A program made the translations under genes and the position numbers. The notes under the pieces were generated by a model. It worked only from the letters and a program-made list of their open reading frames with translations. It ran no database searches and was not told where the DNA came from. A DNA stretch of 64,000 bases from an uncultured Acidimicrobiia bacterium. Lineage in GTDB: Bacteria > Acidobacteriota > Vicinamibacteria > Vicinamibacterales > UBA2999. Position 1 is the first letter of the stretch; each line of letters opens with the position of its first letter. The DNA lies in assembly GCA_963795125.1 (NCBI GenBank), contig CAWCGQ010000002.1:264025-328024 (forward strand), in the 5' to 3' direction. Shown here piece by piece: positions 10,263-20,740 of this stretch.

Positions 10263-11561
10263 CTACTTAATCACCAGCAGCCGATAGTTGGCGGGATGCA
10301 GGAACTGAATTCCGGCATCGGTGAGGATGGCGTCATCCTCGATCGGCACCCGCAGCTTGGCTCCGCCCCACTCCGCAATCGGCGAATAGGCGAAGTATTC
10401 GAACGAGAACATGTGCTGCGCGTGCATGACGAACGTCGTCTGCAGCGGCTGCCAGGTGGTGAGCGACGGCCCGATGTCGTGGCCGGTGTTGCCGACCGGG
10501 ATGGAAGCCGTAGACCACGTCGGTCTTGTCGTCCTTGTTCGGCCGGTTGAATTCGATCACGCCGAAGCCGGCGGCGCGCAGTGCCGCGTCCATGGCCTTC
10601 ATGGTGTCGTCGGCGCGGACGCCGACCTTGATCGCCTTCTTCAGGACGTCGCGGACGCTGAGCGCCTTGTCGAACGCGCTCTGGATGCTCTTCGGCGGCG
10701 CGGTCTCGCCGGGCTTCAGCACGTAGGCGACGCGCTTGACGTCGGTGCCGAAGTTCATCAACTGCACGCCCCAGTCGATCATCATCACGTCGCCCGGCTG
10801 GATGATGCGCGAGCTCGAGGTCGCGACAATGCCGTTCGGGCCGGTGACGTAGACGGACGGCATGTCGAACTCGGAGCCGAGCGCGCGATCGAGCAGCCGA
10901 TCCTGCATCCACCACGCGACGTCTTCGAGCGTGGTCTTGCCGGGCGTAATCACTTCGTTCGACAGCGCCCGCTCGGTCAGCTGGATCGCGATGTTGGCGG
11001 CCTCGCCGAACGCGACGATCTCCGCCGCGACGCGGTGCGATCGAAAATCGGCGACCAGTTTTTCGGCGGAGACGAATCGCGACGCCATCGACTCGCCCAG
11101 CGTCGTCTTGAGATGCGCGAGCATCGTCACCGACAGGCCGTCGGCGGGGCCGATCTGCTCCGACATGTTGAGGCCGATGCGCTTGGGATTGCGCGCCTTG
11201 ACGTGCTCGGCGAGGGTCGAGGCCGCGGCGATGATGTCGTAGGCGCCCGACTCGGCCAGCAGGTAGCCGCTCGGGCCGAGCGCGGCCCGCTCGATGCGGT
11301 CGCCGCCGCGATCGGTGAAGACGTAGTAGCCGATGCCGGAGACGTAGCCGCGGCCGAGGTCGTTCCACAGCGGGTCGTAGTGGTTCTCTTTCACCGCGAC
11401 GATCCACATGTCGATGCCGTTGTCGCGCATCGCGCGCGGCAGGACCTGTTCGAACTTGTCGAGGCGAATCTGGCGTTGCATTTCCCAGCGGCGGCGGGCT
11501 TCCTGAGCGGAGGCTGGCAGCACCTGCAGCGGACGATGGCCATCGTGATCAACACGCGCAT
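10263..11561 (-). pseudogene. M24-family Xaa-Pro aminopeptidase/creatinase-like peptidase, 1-2 frameshifts
   Basis: ORF 10333..12105 carries the M24 body. The tail VGNTGHDIGPSLTT...DAGIQFLHPANYRLLVIK continues in another frame to the stop at 10263. An alternative start is MQRQIRL at 11481. Confidence 0.75.
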
Positions 11562-11671
11562 CAATTTCCCTGTTCAGGCGCCTGGCACCTTTACATTCCG
11601 TTGCACAGGTCGACGCGATTTCGGGCGACGATAACCGGCTGCCAAACCGTCGTTTGGCGCCCACAGACGTC

Positions 11672-13931
11672 ATGAACGTGCACATGCTACTCGTCCGCGT
11701 CGCTGGCGGCCGCATGTTTCTGTGAGCGTCGGCCGGACTGGCCGCGCGCGCAAACCCCGCCGGCCGGCGGCATTGATTACGACACCGCCCGCAGCCGAGC
11801 GGCGGCTGCCGGCGACCCGCGCACAGGGCCCGATCACGCTCGACGGCACGCTCGACGAGCCGTCGTGGGCGGCGGCGCCGCTGGCCATCAACTTCGTCCA
11901 GAACGATCCGCGCGAGGGCGAGCCGGCCACCTACGACACCGAAGTCAGGCTGCTCTACGACGATCGCGCCCTCTATATCGGCGTGTTCGCCAAGGATCCC
12001 GAACCCGGCCAGCATCATCGTCAACGAGCTGCGCAAGGACTTACAACACCGGCAGCAGCCGACGGCTTCCAGGTGGTGATCGATACCTTTCACGATCGAG
12101 CGCAACGGCTACCAGTTCGCGATCAATCCGATGCGGCGCCAAGTGGGACTCGCAGATGTCGAACGAGGGCCGCGACCAGAACTCGAACTGGGACGGCATC
12201 TGGGACGTCGGCACGCGCATCGGCGAGGACGGCTGGTACGCCGAGATCGAGATCCCGTTCAAGACGCTGAAGTTCGGACCCGAGGAGCTGCAGACCTGGG
12301 GCATCAATTTCCAGCGCCGGCTGCGCCGACGCAACGAGAACAGTTACTGGTCGCCGCTGCGCCGCATTCACCAGCTGTCGCGCGTGTCGATGGCCGGCAC
12401 CTACGAGGGCCTGCAGGGGCTGACGCCCGGCGCCAACGTCCGCGTCAAGCCGTACGCGCTCGCCAACCTCAACAAGCTCGCCGGGCGTGTCGCTCGACAA
12501 GGATTACGACGCCGGTTTCGACGTCAAGTACGGCGTGACCTCGGGCCTGACCTGGGACTTCACGGTCAACACCGACTTCTCGCAGGTCGAAGCCGACGAG
12601 CAGCAGGTCAACCTGACGCGCTTCAACCTGTTCTTCCCGGAGAAGCGCGACTTCTTCCTCGAGAACTCGGGCGTGTTCCAGTTCGGGTCGGGCAACACCG
12701 GCGGCGGGGGTGGCGGCGGCGGTGGCGGACGCCAGAACGCGTCGCAGGACATGATCTTCTTCTTCAGCCGGCAGATTGGCCTGTCGCCAACCGGCGACGC
12801 GATTCCGCTGCTGGCCGGGATCGCGCCTCACCGGCCGCGTCGGCGGCTGGTCGGTCGGCGCGCTCAACATCCAGCAGCGCGAGCAGCGCATCAGCCCGTC
12901 GACCAACTTCACGGCGCTGCGGGCGCGCCGCGACATCCTCGCCAACTCCGACGTCGGCGTGATGTTCCTGAACAAGGATCCGCAGGGCGGCGACTACAAC
13001 CGCGGCTTCGGCGCCGACGCCAACTTCCGCTTCTTCCGCGACCTGACGATGAATTTCGCCGGCGCGAAGAGCGCCACGCCGGCGTCGCGCGTGCCCGGCT
13101 CGGGCGACGACTGGTACTCGAAGAGCGGCTTCGGCTATCGCGGCAACGTGCTCGAAACCCGCGCGATGTACCAGACCATCGGCGCGCGCTTCAACGACGA
13201 GATGGGGTTCGTGCCGCGCGTCGGCGTGGACAACTTCGAGGGTTATTTCGGCACCCACCTGCGGTTCAAGAAGTTCTCGGGCTGGATGCGCGAGACCTTC
13301 CCGCATTTCCAGATCGAGAATTTCACCCGGCGCAACGGCGGCGGCCTCGAGTCGCGCTACATGGACTGGCACTGGCCGGTGACCTTCCAGAACAGCGCCT
13401 TCGTCGAGGTCGGCACCAACCCGAACGTCGAGGTGATCGACGATCGCTTCACCATCAACAGCCGGCGCGGCATCGTCGTCGAGCCCGGCCGCTACGACTT
13501 CAAGGAGCACTTCGTGCTCGCCAACAGCAACGCGGCGGCGCCGTTCTCGATGAACCTGCGCTACGGCAACGGCGAGTTCTACGACGGCTATCGCCGCAAC
13601 TACACGATCGGCGGCACCTGCCGGATGAACGAGCACATCAACGTGTCGCTGAGCGATCAGATCAACGACATCGACCTCGCAGTCGGGCTCATTCGTCACC
13701 CACCTGGTGACCGGCCGCGTCAATTACTACTTCAGCACCAAGGTGTTCGTGAACGCGCTGGTGCAGTACAACACCGACACCAACCAGTGGAGCTCGAACG
13801 TCCGGCTCGACATCATCCATCGCCCGCTCAGCGACATCTACCTGGTCTACAACGAGCGTCACGATTCGCGCAGCGGCGCGCTGATCTCGCGCGCGGTGAT
13901 CGCGAAGATGACCTACCTGTTCGCCTTCTAG
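11672..13931 (+). pseudogene. DUF5916 / carbohydrate-binding family 9-like outer-membrane protein, at least 9 frameshifts
   Basis: ITLDGTLDEPSWAAAP...FVQNDPREGEP at the N-terminus and a beta-barrel-like tail ending KMTYLFAF. The protein is rebuilt across ORFs 11722, 11865, 12131, 12487, 12776 and 13707. The start is uncertain. Confidence 0.65.
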
Positions 13932-15060
13932 CGGGGATCACTCTGAGAATCGGGGCCAGCAGGCGATACGGCCCCGTCAGCTCGACGTCCGCCATCCTGC
14001 GGTCTTTCCATTTCACGATCTGGTAGAGCAGCGCGCACAGCGCCACCGTCGCGAGCAGCGACAGCTCGAGCGGCATCGAGCGCCGCAGCGGCCGCGACAG
14101 GCCGCCGTAGGCCATCTCGACGTGAATCCAGTAGACGAACAGCGACGACTGGCCGAGCGTCGTGATCACCCGGCCGGGCACATCGGGCGCGGTGAAGAGA
14201 TCGCCGAATCGACGGCGCGCCAGGCCATGCAAGCAGATCGATGCCGCGGGCGATCGGGATCATCGCCGCGCAGATAGCCGAGGCGCATGAAGAAAAACGT
14301 CGGCGAGCTGGTCCAGAAGTTGGCGACCGGGTAGATCGACGGCTGGAATGACGCGACGTAGCCGCCGGCGATGCCGACCAGCGCCGGCGATCAGCAGGCC
14401 GCGCCTGCAAGCCGGCGCTCTTGCGCTGCGGTCTTCGCGGCGTGACACCAGCTCACCGGCAATCGCGCCGCCGAGCAGGAACGCCGCCCACGGAAACAGC
14501 GCGAAGTTGGTCCGGCCCGGCAGCGGCCGGATGTAGGACTCGATCGCATCCGGCAGCGCGGCCAGCAGCCGCCGCCTCGCGAATCAACGGCGTCGCCATC
14601 GCCGACCGCGATGGTCGCAATCGCGAACATCAGGATCCGGATCGGACGCCGCGGTCGAGGCGCTCCAGATGCAGCGCGGCCGCGATCATCGCCACGCCCA
14701 TGACGTTGAGGATGTCGACCTTGAGGAAGTTGATCCAGCGCGCCCCAGCCGAGCAGCTGCGACTGCAGGCGGAACAGGAAGGCCAGCGCGAAGATCTGCA
14801 GGCCGCGCCAGCCGGGCCATCCGAGGCCGCGGCTGCGTGACCGACCTTCGAGCGCGCGCGCCGACGCCGCCATCGCCAGCGTCAGACCCGGCCAGAAACA
14901 GGAACAACGGCGCCGCCAGACCGGCGATGAACACCGTCGTCATGTAGAGGCCGCGGCCGCGATCCTCCTGGCGGGTCCACGCATCGGTGACGTGCGCGCC
15001 GACCATGACGATCACGGCGATGCCGCGCAGCCAGTCGAGATAAACCTTGCGCCCGGGCAC
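13928..15060 (-). pseudogene. DUF1624 / acyltransferase-3-like polytopic membrane protein, many frameshifts
   Basis: N-terminus (V)PGRKVYLDWLRGIAVIVMVGAHVTDAW from GTG 15060. Hydrophobic segments are scattered over all three minus frames, e.g. LFVYWIHVEMAYGG. The boundaries are approximate. Confidence 0.5.
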
Positions 15061-15062
15061 GC

Positions 15063-15474
15063 TGGCAGGACGCGACCTCGAACGTCGTCGTCCGAAGCGT
15101 CGATGTCCTGCCGCAGCGAATGCCACACCGAGCAGTACTTGTCGCGCGAGAGATCGATCGCGCGCTGGATCGCGTGCTCGGGCACCGCGCCGCCGATCGG
15201 AAATGCAGGGTGAAGTGGACGAAGCGGCGCGGCGGATCGTCCCGGCGTTCGCCGACGAGCCGCACCTCCAGGCGCGCAGCGGATGACGGCCCTTGATGAC
15301 GATGTCGGCGACGTCGATCGCCATGCAGCCGGCCAGGGCCATCGCCAGGGCCTCCGGCGGTGAGGGCCCTGCCGTGCTGTCGCTGTCGAGGATGATTTCC
15401 GTGCGGGGGGTGGCGGCGCGGAATTTCAGGTCGCCTTGCCACGTCAGCGTGGCAGTGAGCGGCGGTTTTTTCAC
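15063..15474 (-). pseudogene. OsmC-family peroxiredoxin-like protein, 2-3 frameshifts, no clean stop
   Basis: LTWQGDLKFRA...GPSPPEALAMALAGCMAIDV, then EHAIQRAIDLSRDKYCSVWHSLRQDI in other frames. GTG start at 15474. Confidence 0.7.
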
Positions 15475-15480
15475 TGTCGA

Positions 15481-15545
15481 CTGGGGTCAGGTCCCAGTTT
15501 TCAACACTGAAAAATGCGAAGTCGAAAATCGGGACCTGACCCCAG
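15481..15545. repeat. long intergenic palindromic hairpin (15-bp GC stem plus 6-bp AT-rich inner stem) between FTR1 and OsmC
   Basis: ctggggtcaggtccc (15481-95) is the exact reverse complement of gggacctgaccccag (15531-45). The inner gttttc/gaaaat also pairs. The loop is about 21 nt. Confidence 0.75.
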
Positions 15546-15547
15546 GT

Positions 15548-16348
15548 TCAACAGCTACGCCGCGCGGCCGGGAGCTGCCGGCGCGCGACTGCGGGCCGCG
15601 GCCCGTGCCGGTGGCCATCGCGAACAACAGCCAGGCTCAGCGGACCGGCCACGAGCAGGTAGGTCAGGTACTGGCCGTATCGGCCATCCGGGCCATACGG
15701 CTCGGTGGCCCAGTGCAGCGCCTCGCTGTTCGGGCAAGATGTTCGCTTCGGTCAGTTCGTGGAACCCGTAGATCAACAGCTGCGCAACGAACACCAGCAG
15801 GAAGATCGACGTGACCTGGAAGAACAGGCCGAGGTTCACGCGATGGCCGTAGCGCGACCACAGCATGGCGACACGCGGCCGCGGCGAGCGTGCCCGCGAC
15901 CGCGCCGGCAATGATCGTGGCGGCCTGCACCTGCGTGAGCAGCGTGCCCATCAGCAGCGCCGTCTCCATGCCTTCGCGCGAGATCATCAGCAGCGTGAAC
16001 AGGAACACGCCGAGCCCAGGCCGCGGCGCCGGTCTTCGCGGTCGAGGTGCTCAGATGCCCTTCAATCTCGCTCTTGATTTTCTTCGCGGTGCGCCACATG
16101 TGGAGGTCAGCGTCGCGACCGAGACGGCCGCCGCGAGCGCGAGCACGCCTTCCCACAAGGCCTGGTTGGCGGCCTGCTGAGAACAGGTAGGCGGCACCGA
16201 TGCTCAGCAGCACCGACAGCCCGATGCCCCAGTGCACCGCGGGGATCAGTTCACGCCGCCCGCTCTTGCGCAGATACGCAAGGCTGATGGCAATGATGAG
16301 GAACGCCTCGAGGCCTTCCCGGAGCGTGATGACGAATGCCTGCAACAT
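15548..16348 (-). pseudogene. FTR1-family high-affinity iron permease, ~3 frameshifts
   Basis: Two REGxE motifs (TLREGLEAFLI and ISREGMETALL) and a hydrophobic body spread over three frames. Start ATG at 16348. Confidence 0.8.
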
Positions 16349-16373
16349 ACGAGTGACGCCGGTTCCTGCAAAA

Positions 16374-16402
16374 TGAGATTAAGTCTCAGTTCGAGATTCT
16401 CA
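16374..16402. promoter_or_regulatory. candidate operator dyads in the AT-rich divergent FTR1/blaI intergenic region
   Basis: Dyads TGAGAttaagTCTCA (16374-88) and GAGAtTCTC (16393-16401). GAGATT is repeated 18 nt apart. The cognate regulator is unknown. Confidence 0.3.
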
Positions 16403-16478
16403 GCATATGCGACCGATCTGGTCGGAGGCAAGTAATAGATATGTGTGCTAAATTTTCAGCAGGTGCAGAGTTTTTAGC

Positions 16479-16861
16479 ATGAGCCAACACCCCGACCCGC
16501 TCTCCCGCCGCGAACGGCAGATCCTCGACATCCTCTACGCGAAGGGATCGGCGACCGCCGCCGACGTCCGCGAGGCGCTGCCAGATCGCGCCGAGCTACT
16601 CCGCCGTCCGCGCGCTGCTGCGCATTCTCGAGGAGAAGGGCCACGCACGCCATGAGTCGCAGGGCACCAGGTACTCTACCTGCCGCTGGTGCCTCGCGAG
16701 AGCGCGCGCAACTCCGCGCTGACGCGCATCGTCCAAACGTTTTTCGACGGTTCCGCCGGCGCAGGCCGCCGCCGCGCTGGTGGACTCCGGATCGCTGTCG
16801 GACGACGAGCTGAGCGCGGCTCTCGGACCTGATCGAACGGGCAAAGAAAGAAGGACGTTAG
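16479..16861 (+). pseudogene. BlaI/MecI/CopY-family transcriptional repressor, 2 frameshifts
   Basis: MSQHPDPLSRRERQILDILYAKGSATAADVREALPD, then SYSAVRALLRILEEKGH, then DLIERAKKEGR in shifted frames. The TAG lies directly before the blaR1 ATG at 16862. Confidence 0.75.
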
Positions 16862-18289
16862 ATGGACCTCGAACTCGTCGCGCGAACTTCGGTCATCCTG
16901 CTTGCCGCCAGCGTATGCGTCGCGCTGATGCGCCGGGCGGCTCCATCAACGCGTCATCTGGTCTGGCACATCACCATCCTCGTCGTCTTGCTCGCTCCGT
17001 TACTTGCACCGCTCGCGCCAGGAATTGCGGTTCCAGCGGTTCCAGGGGTTCCAGCGGTTCCAACGGCGTCGGTCGGTTGGATACCAGGTTCTGTCGCGCC
17101 GCCAATCGAACTCGGAACCAGTGGAACCCAACCGAACCATGCCGTTGGAACTGCTGGAACCCTTGGAACCCTTGGAACCCTCGGTTCAGGCGCAGTGCTG
17201 TTCTGGTTCGGTTTCTGTTGGTTGCTGAGCGGCGTGAGCGTCTGGCGCGGATCACGACCGGCTCCGGAAACCTGGCTGAACGAAGCGCGGATGGTCGGGC
17301 GGCGCATTGGTCTCGATCGGCCCGTCAGCGTGCGTCAATCGTTGAAAGACGGCAGCCCATTCGTCGCGGGCTTCCTGGAATCCGTCGTGATGATGCCGCC
17401 GTCGGCCCTGTCGTGGACGGTGGAAGCCAGGCAGGCGGCGTTCGTACACGAGTTGACTCACATCAAGCGGCACGATCGACGAACCCAGGCGATGGCCCAG
17501 CTCGCGTGCGCGATCTACTGGTTCAATCCACTCGTCTGGCGTGCCGCCGCCGGTCTCGCGCGCGAGCGTGAGCGCGCGTGTGACGATGAAGTGTTGCGGT
17601 TCGGCGCAAAGCCGTCGGCGTACGCCGCGCTGCTGCTCGAACTGGCGCGCACCAACACTTCGGTGTGGACCCCGGCAACGGCGCTCAGCATGGCGCGTCC
17701 GTCGGCGATTGAAGGCCGCCTGTTGTCGATCCTCGCCGACGCGGCACGCACCCCGCATCGATCGACCCGGTGGCTCGTCGGCGGTGCGATCGTCACCGTC
17801 ACCACGGCAATTCTCGGCGCGCAAGCCGCCACCCCGGCCCCGATCGACAGGCGTCGCGAGTTGGTGCCACCGTCTGCGGTGATGGCGCTCGACGATCAAC
17901 AGCCGATCGCGTCAATTACCGGCGCGCTCGTCGAGGCTTTACACGATACCGATCGCCAGGTTCGCGAGCAGGCCGCAATGGGCCTCGCGCTCACGCCGGG
18001 TGCGGCGGTGATCGAGCCGCTGATCACCGCCTTACGGGATCCCGATGCGCAAGTGCGCGAGAAGGCGGCAATCGGCCTCGCCTTCCGGCGCGATCCGCGA
18101 ATTGTCGGGCCGCTGCTCACGGCGATCGAGGACCGCGATGGCCAGGTCCGTGAGAAAGCGGCGATTGCGCTCGGCGCGAGCGGCGACCCTCGTGCAATCG
18201 CAGCGCTGACCGCGGCGACGAAAGACCCCGATTCGCAGGTCCGGGAGAAAGCGGTCGCGGGCCTCGTGATGCTCGGGCGGCGCCAATGA
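16862..18289 (+). CDS. BlaR1-like M56 peptidase sensor fused to C-terminal HEAT repeats
   Basis: Intact 475-aa ORF. HExxH appears in FVHELTHIKRHD. The C-terminus carries repeated D.DxQVRExAAxxL modules typical of HEAT repeats. Confidence 0.85.
   Translation: MDLELVARTSVILLAASVCVALMRRAAPSTRHLVWHITILVVLLAPLLAPLAPGIAVPAVPGVPAVPTASVGWIPGSVAPPIELGTSGTQPNHAVGTAGTLGTLGTLGSGAVLFWFGFCWLLSGVSVWRGSRPAPETWLNEARMVGRRIGLDRPVSVRQSLKDGSPFVAGFLESVVMMPPSALSWTVEARQAAFVHELTHIKRHDRRTQAMAQLACAIYWFNPLVWRAAAGLARERERACDDEVLRFGAKPSAYAALLLELARTNTSVWTPATALSMARPSAIEGRLLSILADAARTPHRSTRWLVGGAIVTVTTAILGAQAATPAPIDRRRELVPPSAVMALDDQQPIASITGALVEALHDTDRQVREQAAMGLALTPGAAVIEPLITALRDPDAQVREKAAIGLAFRRDPRIVGPLLTAIEDRDGQVREKAAIALGASGDPRAIAALTAATKDPDSQVREKAVAGLVMLGRRQ
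17027..17182. repeat. 156-nt imperfect palindrome built from 9-nt tandem units, embedded in frame in blaR1
   Basis: Left arm 17027-17091 (ggttccagc-type units) is roughly the reverse complement of right arm 17115-17182 (ggaaccctt-type units). The spacer is 23 nt. The element encodes AVPAVPGVPAVP...GTLGTLGTL. Confidence 0.75.
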
Positions 18290-20702
18290 GCGGCGTTCTT
18301 TCGGATCTCAAGCACGGCCTCCGCGTCCTGCTCAGGACGCCTCTCTTCACCATCTGCACGATCGCCGCGCTGGCAATCGGCATCGGAGCGACCACGGCCC
18401 TGTTCAGCGTCGTGCACGCGCTCCTGCTGAAGCCGTTGCCCTACCGGCATGCGGACTCACTGGTCGTGATGTGGGAGCACAACCTGCCGCGCGACCGCCC
18501 GCGCAACGTGATCAGCCCGGCAAATTTCCTGGCGTGGCGGGAGCGGAGCCGATCCTTCGAGGCGATGGCCGCATTCACCCAGAATCGCGTCACGCTCACT
18601 GGAGCGGGCGAACCGCAGGAACTGGCGACGCTGATCGTGTCCGCCAACATCCTCGACGTGCTGGGCGTCGCGCCCGCGCTCGGGCGCGGGTTCCTGACCG
18701 GGGAAGATCGCGAGGGAGCGCCGCCGGTCATGCTGCTGTCTCACGCGGCGTGGCTGAGGCAGTTTGGCGGCACCGCCGGCGTGCTCGGCCGGCAGGCCAC
18801 GATCAACGGCGAGCCGGTGACGATCGTCGGCGTGATGCCGCGCCAGTTCGAGATTTTCGGATTGCCCGCCGACGCCTACCTGCCCTTCCATCTGCCACCG
18901 CAGGTGCCGTTTCGGGGCCGCAGCCTGATCGGCATCGGACGCCTGCTGGACGGGGTGACCCGCGACCAGGCGCAGGCGGAAATGGAAGGCGTGTCGGCGC
19001 AGCTGCGAACCGAGCAGCCTGATTTCAATACCGGCTGGACGGTCAACCTCGTGCCGATGCGCGAGCAGCTGGTCGGTGACGTCCGCCTCGCGGTGCTGGT
19101 GCTGTTCGGCGCCGTCGGCGCGGTGTTGCTGATCGCGTGCGGCAACATCGGCAGCCTGATGCTGACGCGCGCCGCGGGGCGGCGCCGCGAGCTCGCGATT
19201 CGATCGGCGATCGGCGCCGGCACCGGACGCCTGCTCACGCAACTGCTGGCTGAATCGTTGCTGCTGTCGATCGCCGGCGGCGTGTTCGGCATCCTGCTCG
19301 CCGCCTGGATGCTCGGCGGCCTGGCCATCTGGGCCGGGGCTCGCCTCCCGATCCCGTTGATGTCGCAGGTCGCGATCGATCCCAGCGTGCTCGCGTTCGC
19401 GGTGATCGTCACGGTGCTGACGACGCTGATCTGCGGACTCGCTCCGGCGGTGGGCGCCACCGGCGGCTCGCTCGTCACGGCGTTGCGCGACGGCGCGCCA
19501 AGCGTGTCCGGTTCGCGGCGCGGGCGACTGATCAGGCAGTCGTTCGTGATGGCGGAAATTGCGCTCGCACTCACGGTGCTCTGTGGCGCCGGGCTGCTCG
19601 GCCGCAGCCTGCTCGAGCTGCAGAGCGTCAATCCGGGCTTCACCGCGGACTCGGCGTTGACGTTGCGGGTCACGCTGCCACAGCGCTCGTATGCGGATTC
19701 GAACGCGCAGCACGCTTTCTACACCCGGGTGATCGATGGACTCCGCGCGCTTCCGCAGGTGACCTCGGTCGGCGGCGCCTCGTTCCTGCCGCTGGCCGGA
19801 GCGGGCCCAGGCACCTCCTTCTGGCGCGCCGACGCGCCGCAGCCGCCACCCGCCGAGCGCCCGGTGGTTGACGCGCGGCCGGTCACACCCGGCTACTTCA
19901 AGGCCATGGACACGCGGTTGCTGGCCGGACGCGACCTGAGCGACGGCGATACCTCGGACCAGGATCCGGTGGCGGTGATCAACGAGACCTTCGCGCGCCA
20001 GATCTATCCGGGTGACAACCCGATCGGCCGCCGCTTCATCCTGTCGCTCGGCAACGACAAGCCGCACGAGATCGTCGGCGTGGTCGGTGACGTCAAGCTG
20101 GCCTCGATCGAGGGCGAGATTCGGCCGACCGCTTACCTGTCGTCGCGCCAATACGCGTTCGGCTTGATGACCTTCGTGGTGCGCACCACCGGCGATCCGG
20201 CACGGCTCGGTCCCTCGGCGGTGGCCGTGATCCGGCAGATCGATCCGCTGCTGCCGGTCTCGGCGGTGCGGCCGCTCGAGGAAGTGTTCGCCGAATCGAT
20301 CGCGCGCCCGAGACTGACCGCCGCGGCGATGGGCGTGTTCGCGGCCACCGCACTCCTCCTCGCCGCACTTGGCGTCTACGGCATCGTCGCCTATTCGGTG
20401 TCGCAGCGGGCGCGCGAGTTCGGCATTCGCGTGGCGCTCGGCGCCCAGCCGGGACAGATCGTCGGCATGGTGGTCGGCCAGAACCTGCGGGTGGTGGCGC
20501 TCGGCCTCGGCGCTCGGCCTGCTGACCGCGATCCCGGCGACGAGGCTGTTGCGTGGATTGCTGTATCAGGTCGGACCGAACGATCCGATGACGTTCATCG
20601 CGATTGGCGCATTGCTCGCGGGCGTCGCCGCGGTCGCTTCGTACCTGCCGGCACGGCGTGGCACCGCAGGTCGATCCGGTGGTGACGCTGAAGGCCGAGT
20701 GA
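18286..20702 (+). pseudogene. ADOP-type duplicated MacB/FtsX-like permease; intact to ~20510, then 2 frameshifts near the 3' end
   Basis: The N-terminus LKHGLRVLLRTPLFTICTIAALAIGIGATTALFSVVHALLLKPLPY is typical of this family. Its ATG overlaps the blaR1 stop (ATGA). The tail ...LPARRGT/RVDPVVTLKAE ends at 20702. Confidence 0.8.
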
Positions 20703-20740
20703 GGACCGTCAGCTCGAGGTCGTGAGGAAAAGGGGTTGAA

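Noticed and set aside
12700-12729. A run of ten glycine codons (GGGGGGGGGG) in the DUF5916-like gene
   Set aside because: It is in frame with conserved flanks and is plausibly a flexible loop of the barrel. It is not an independent feature.
18457-20151. A 564-aa minus-strand ORF; similar long antisense ORFs occur at 41066..42505, 51412..52941, 1711..2673 and 29375..30250
   Set aside because: These are typical high-GC antisense shadow ORFs. They are Arg/Ala/Gly/Pro-rich, have no recognisable motifs, and lie opposite genes with clear conserved protein sequence.
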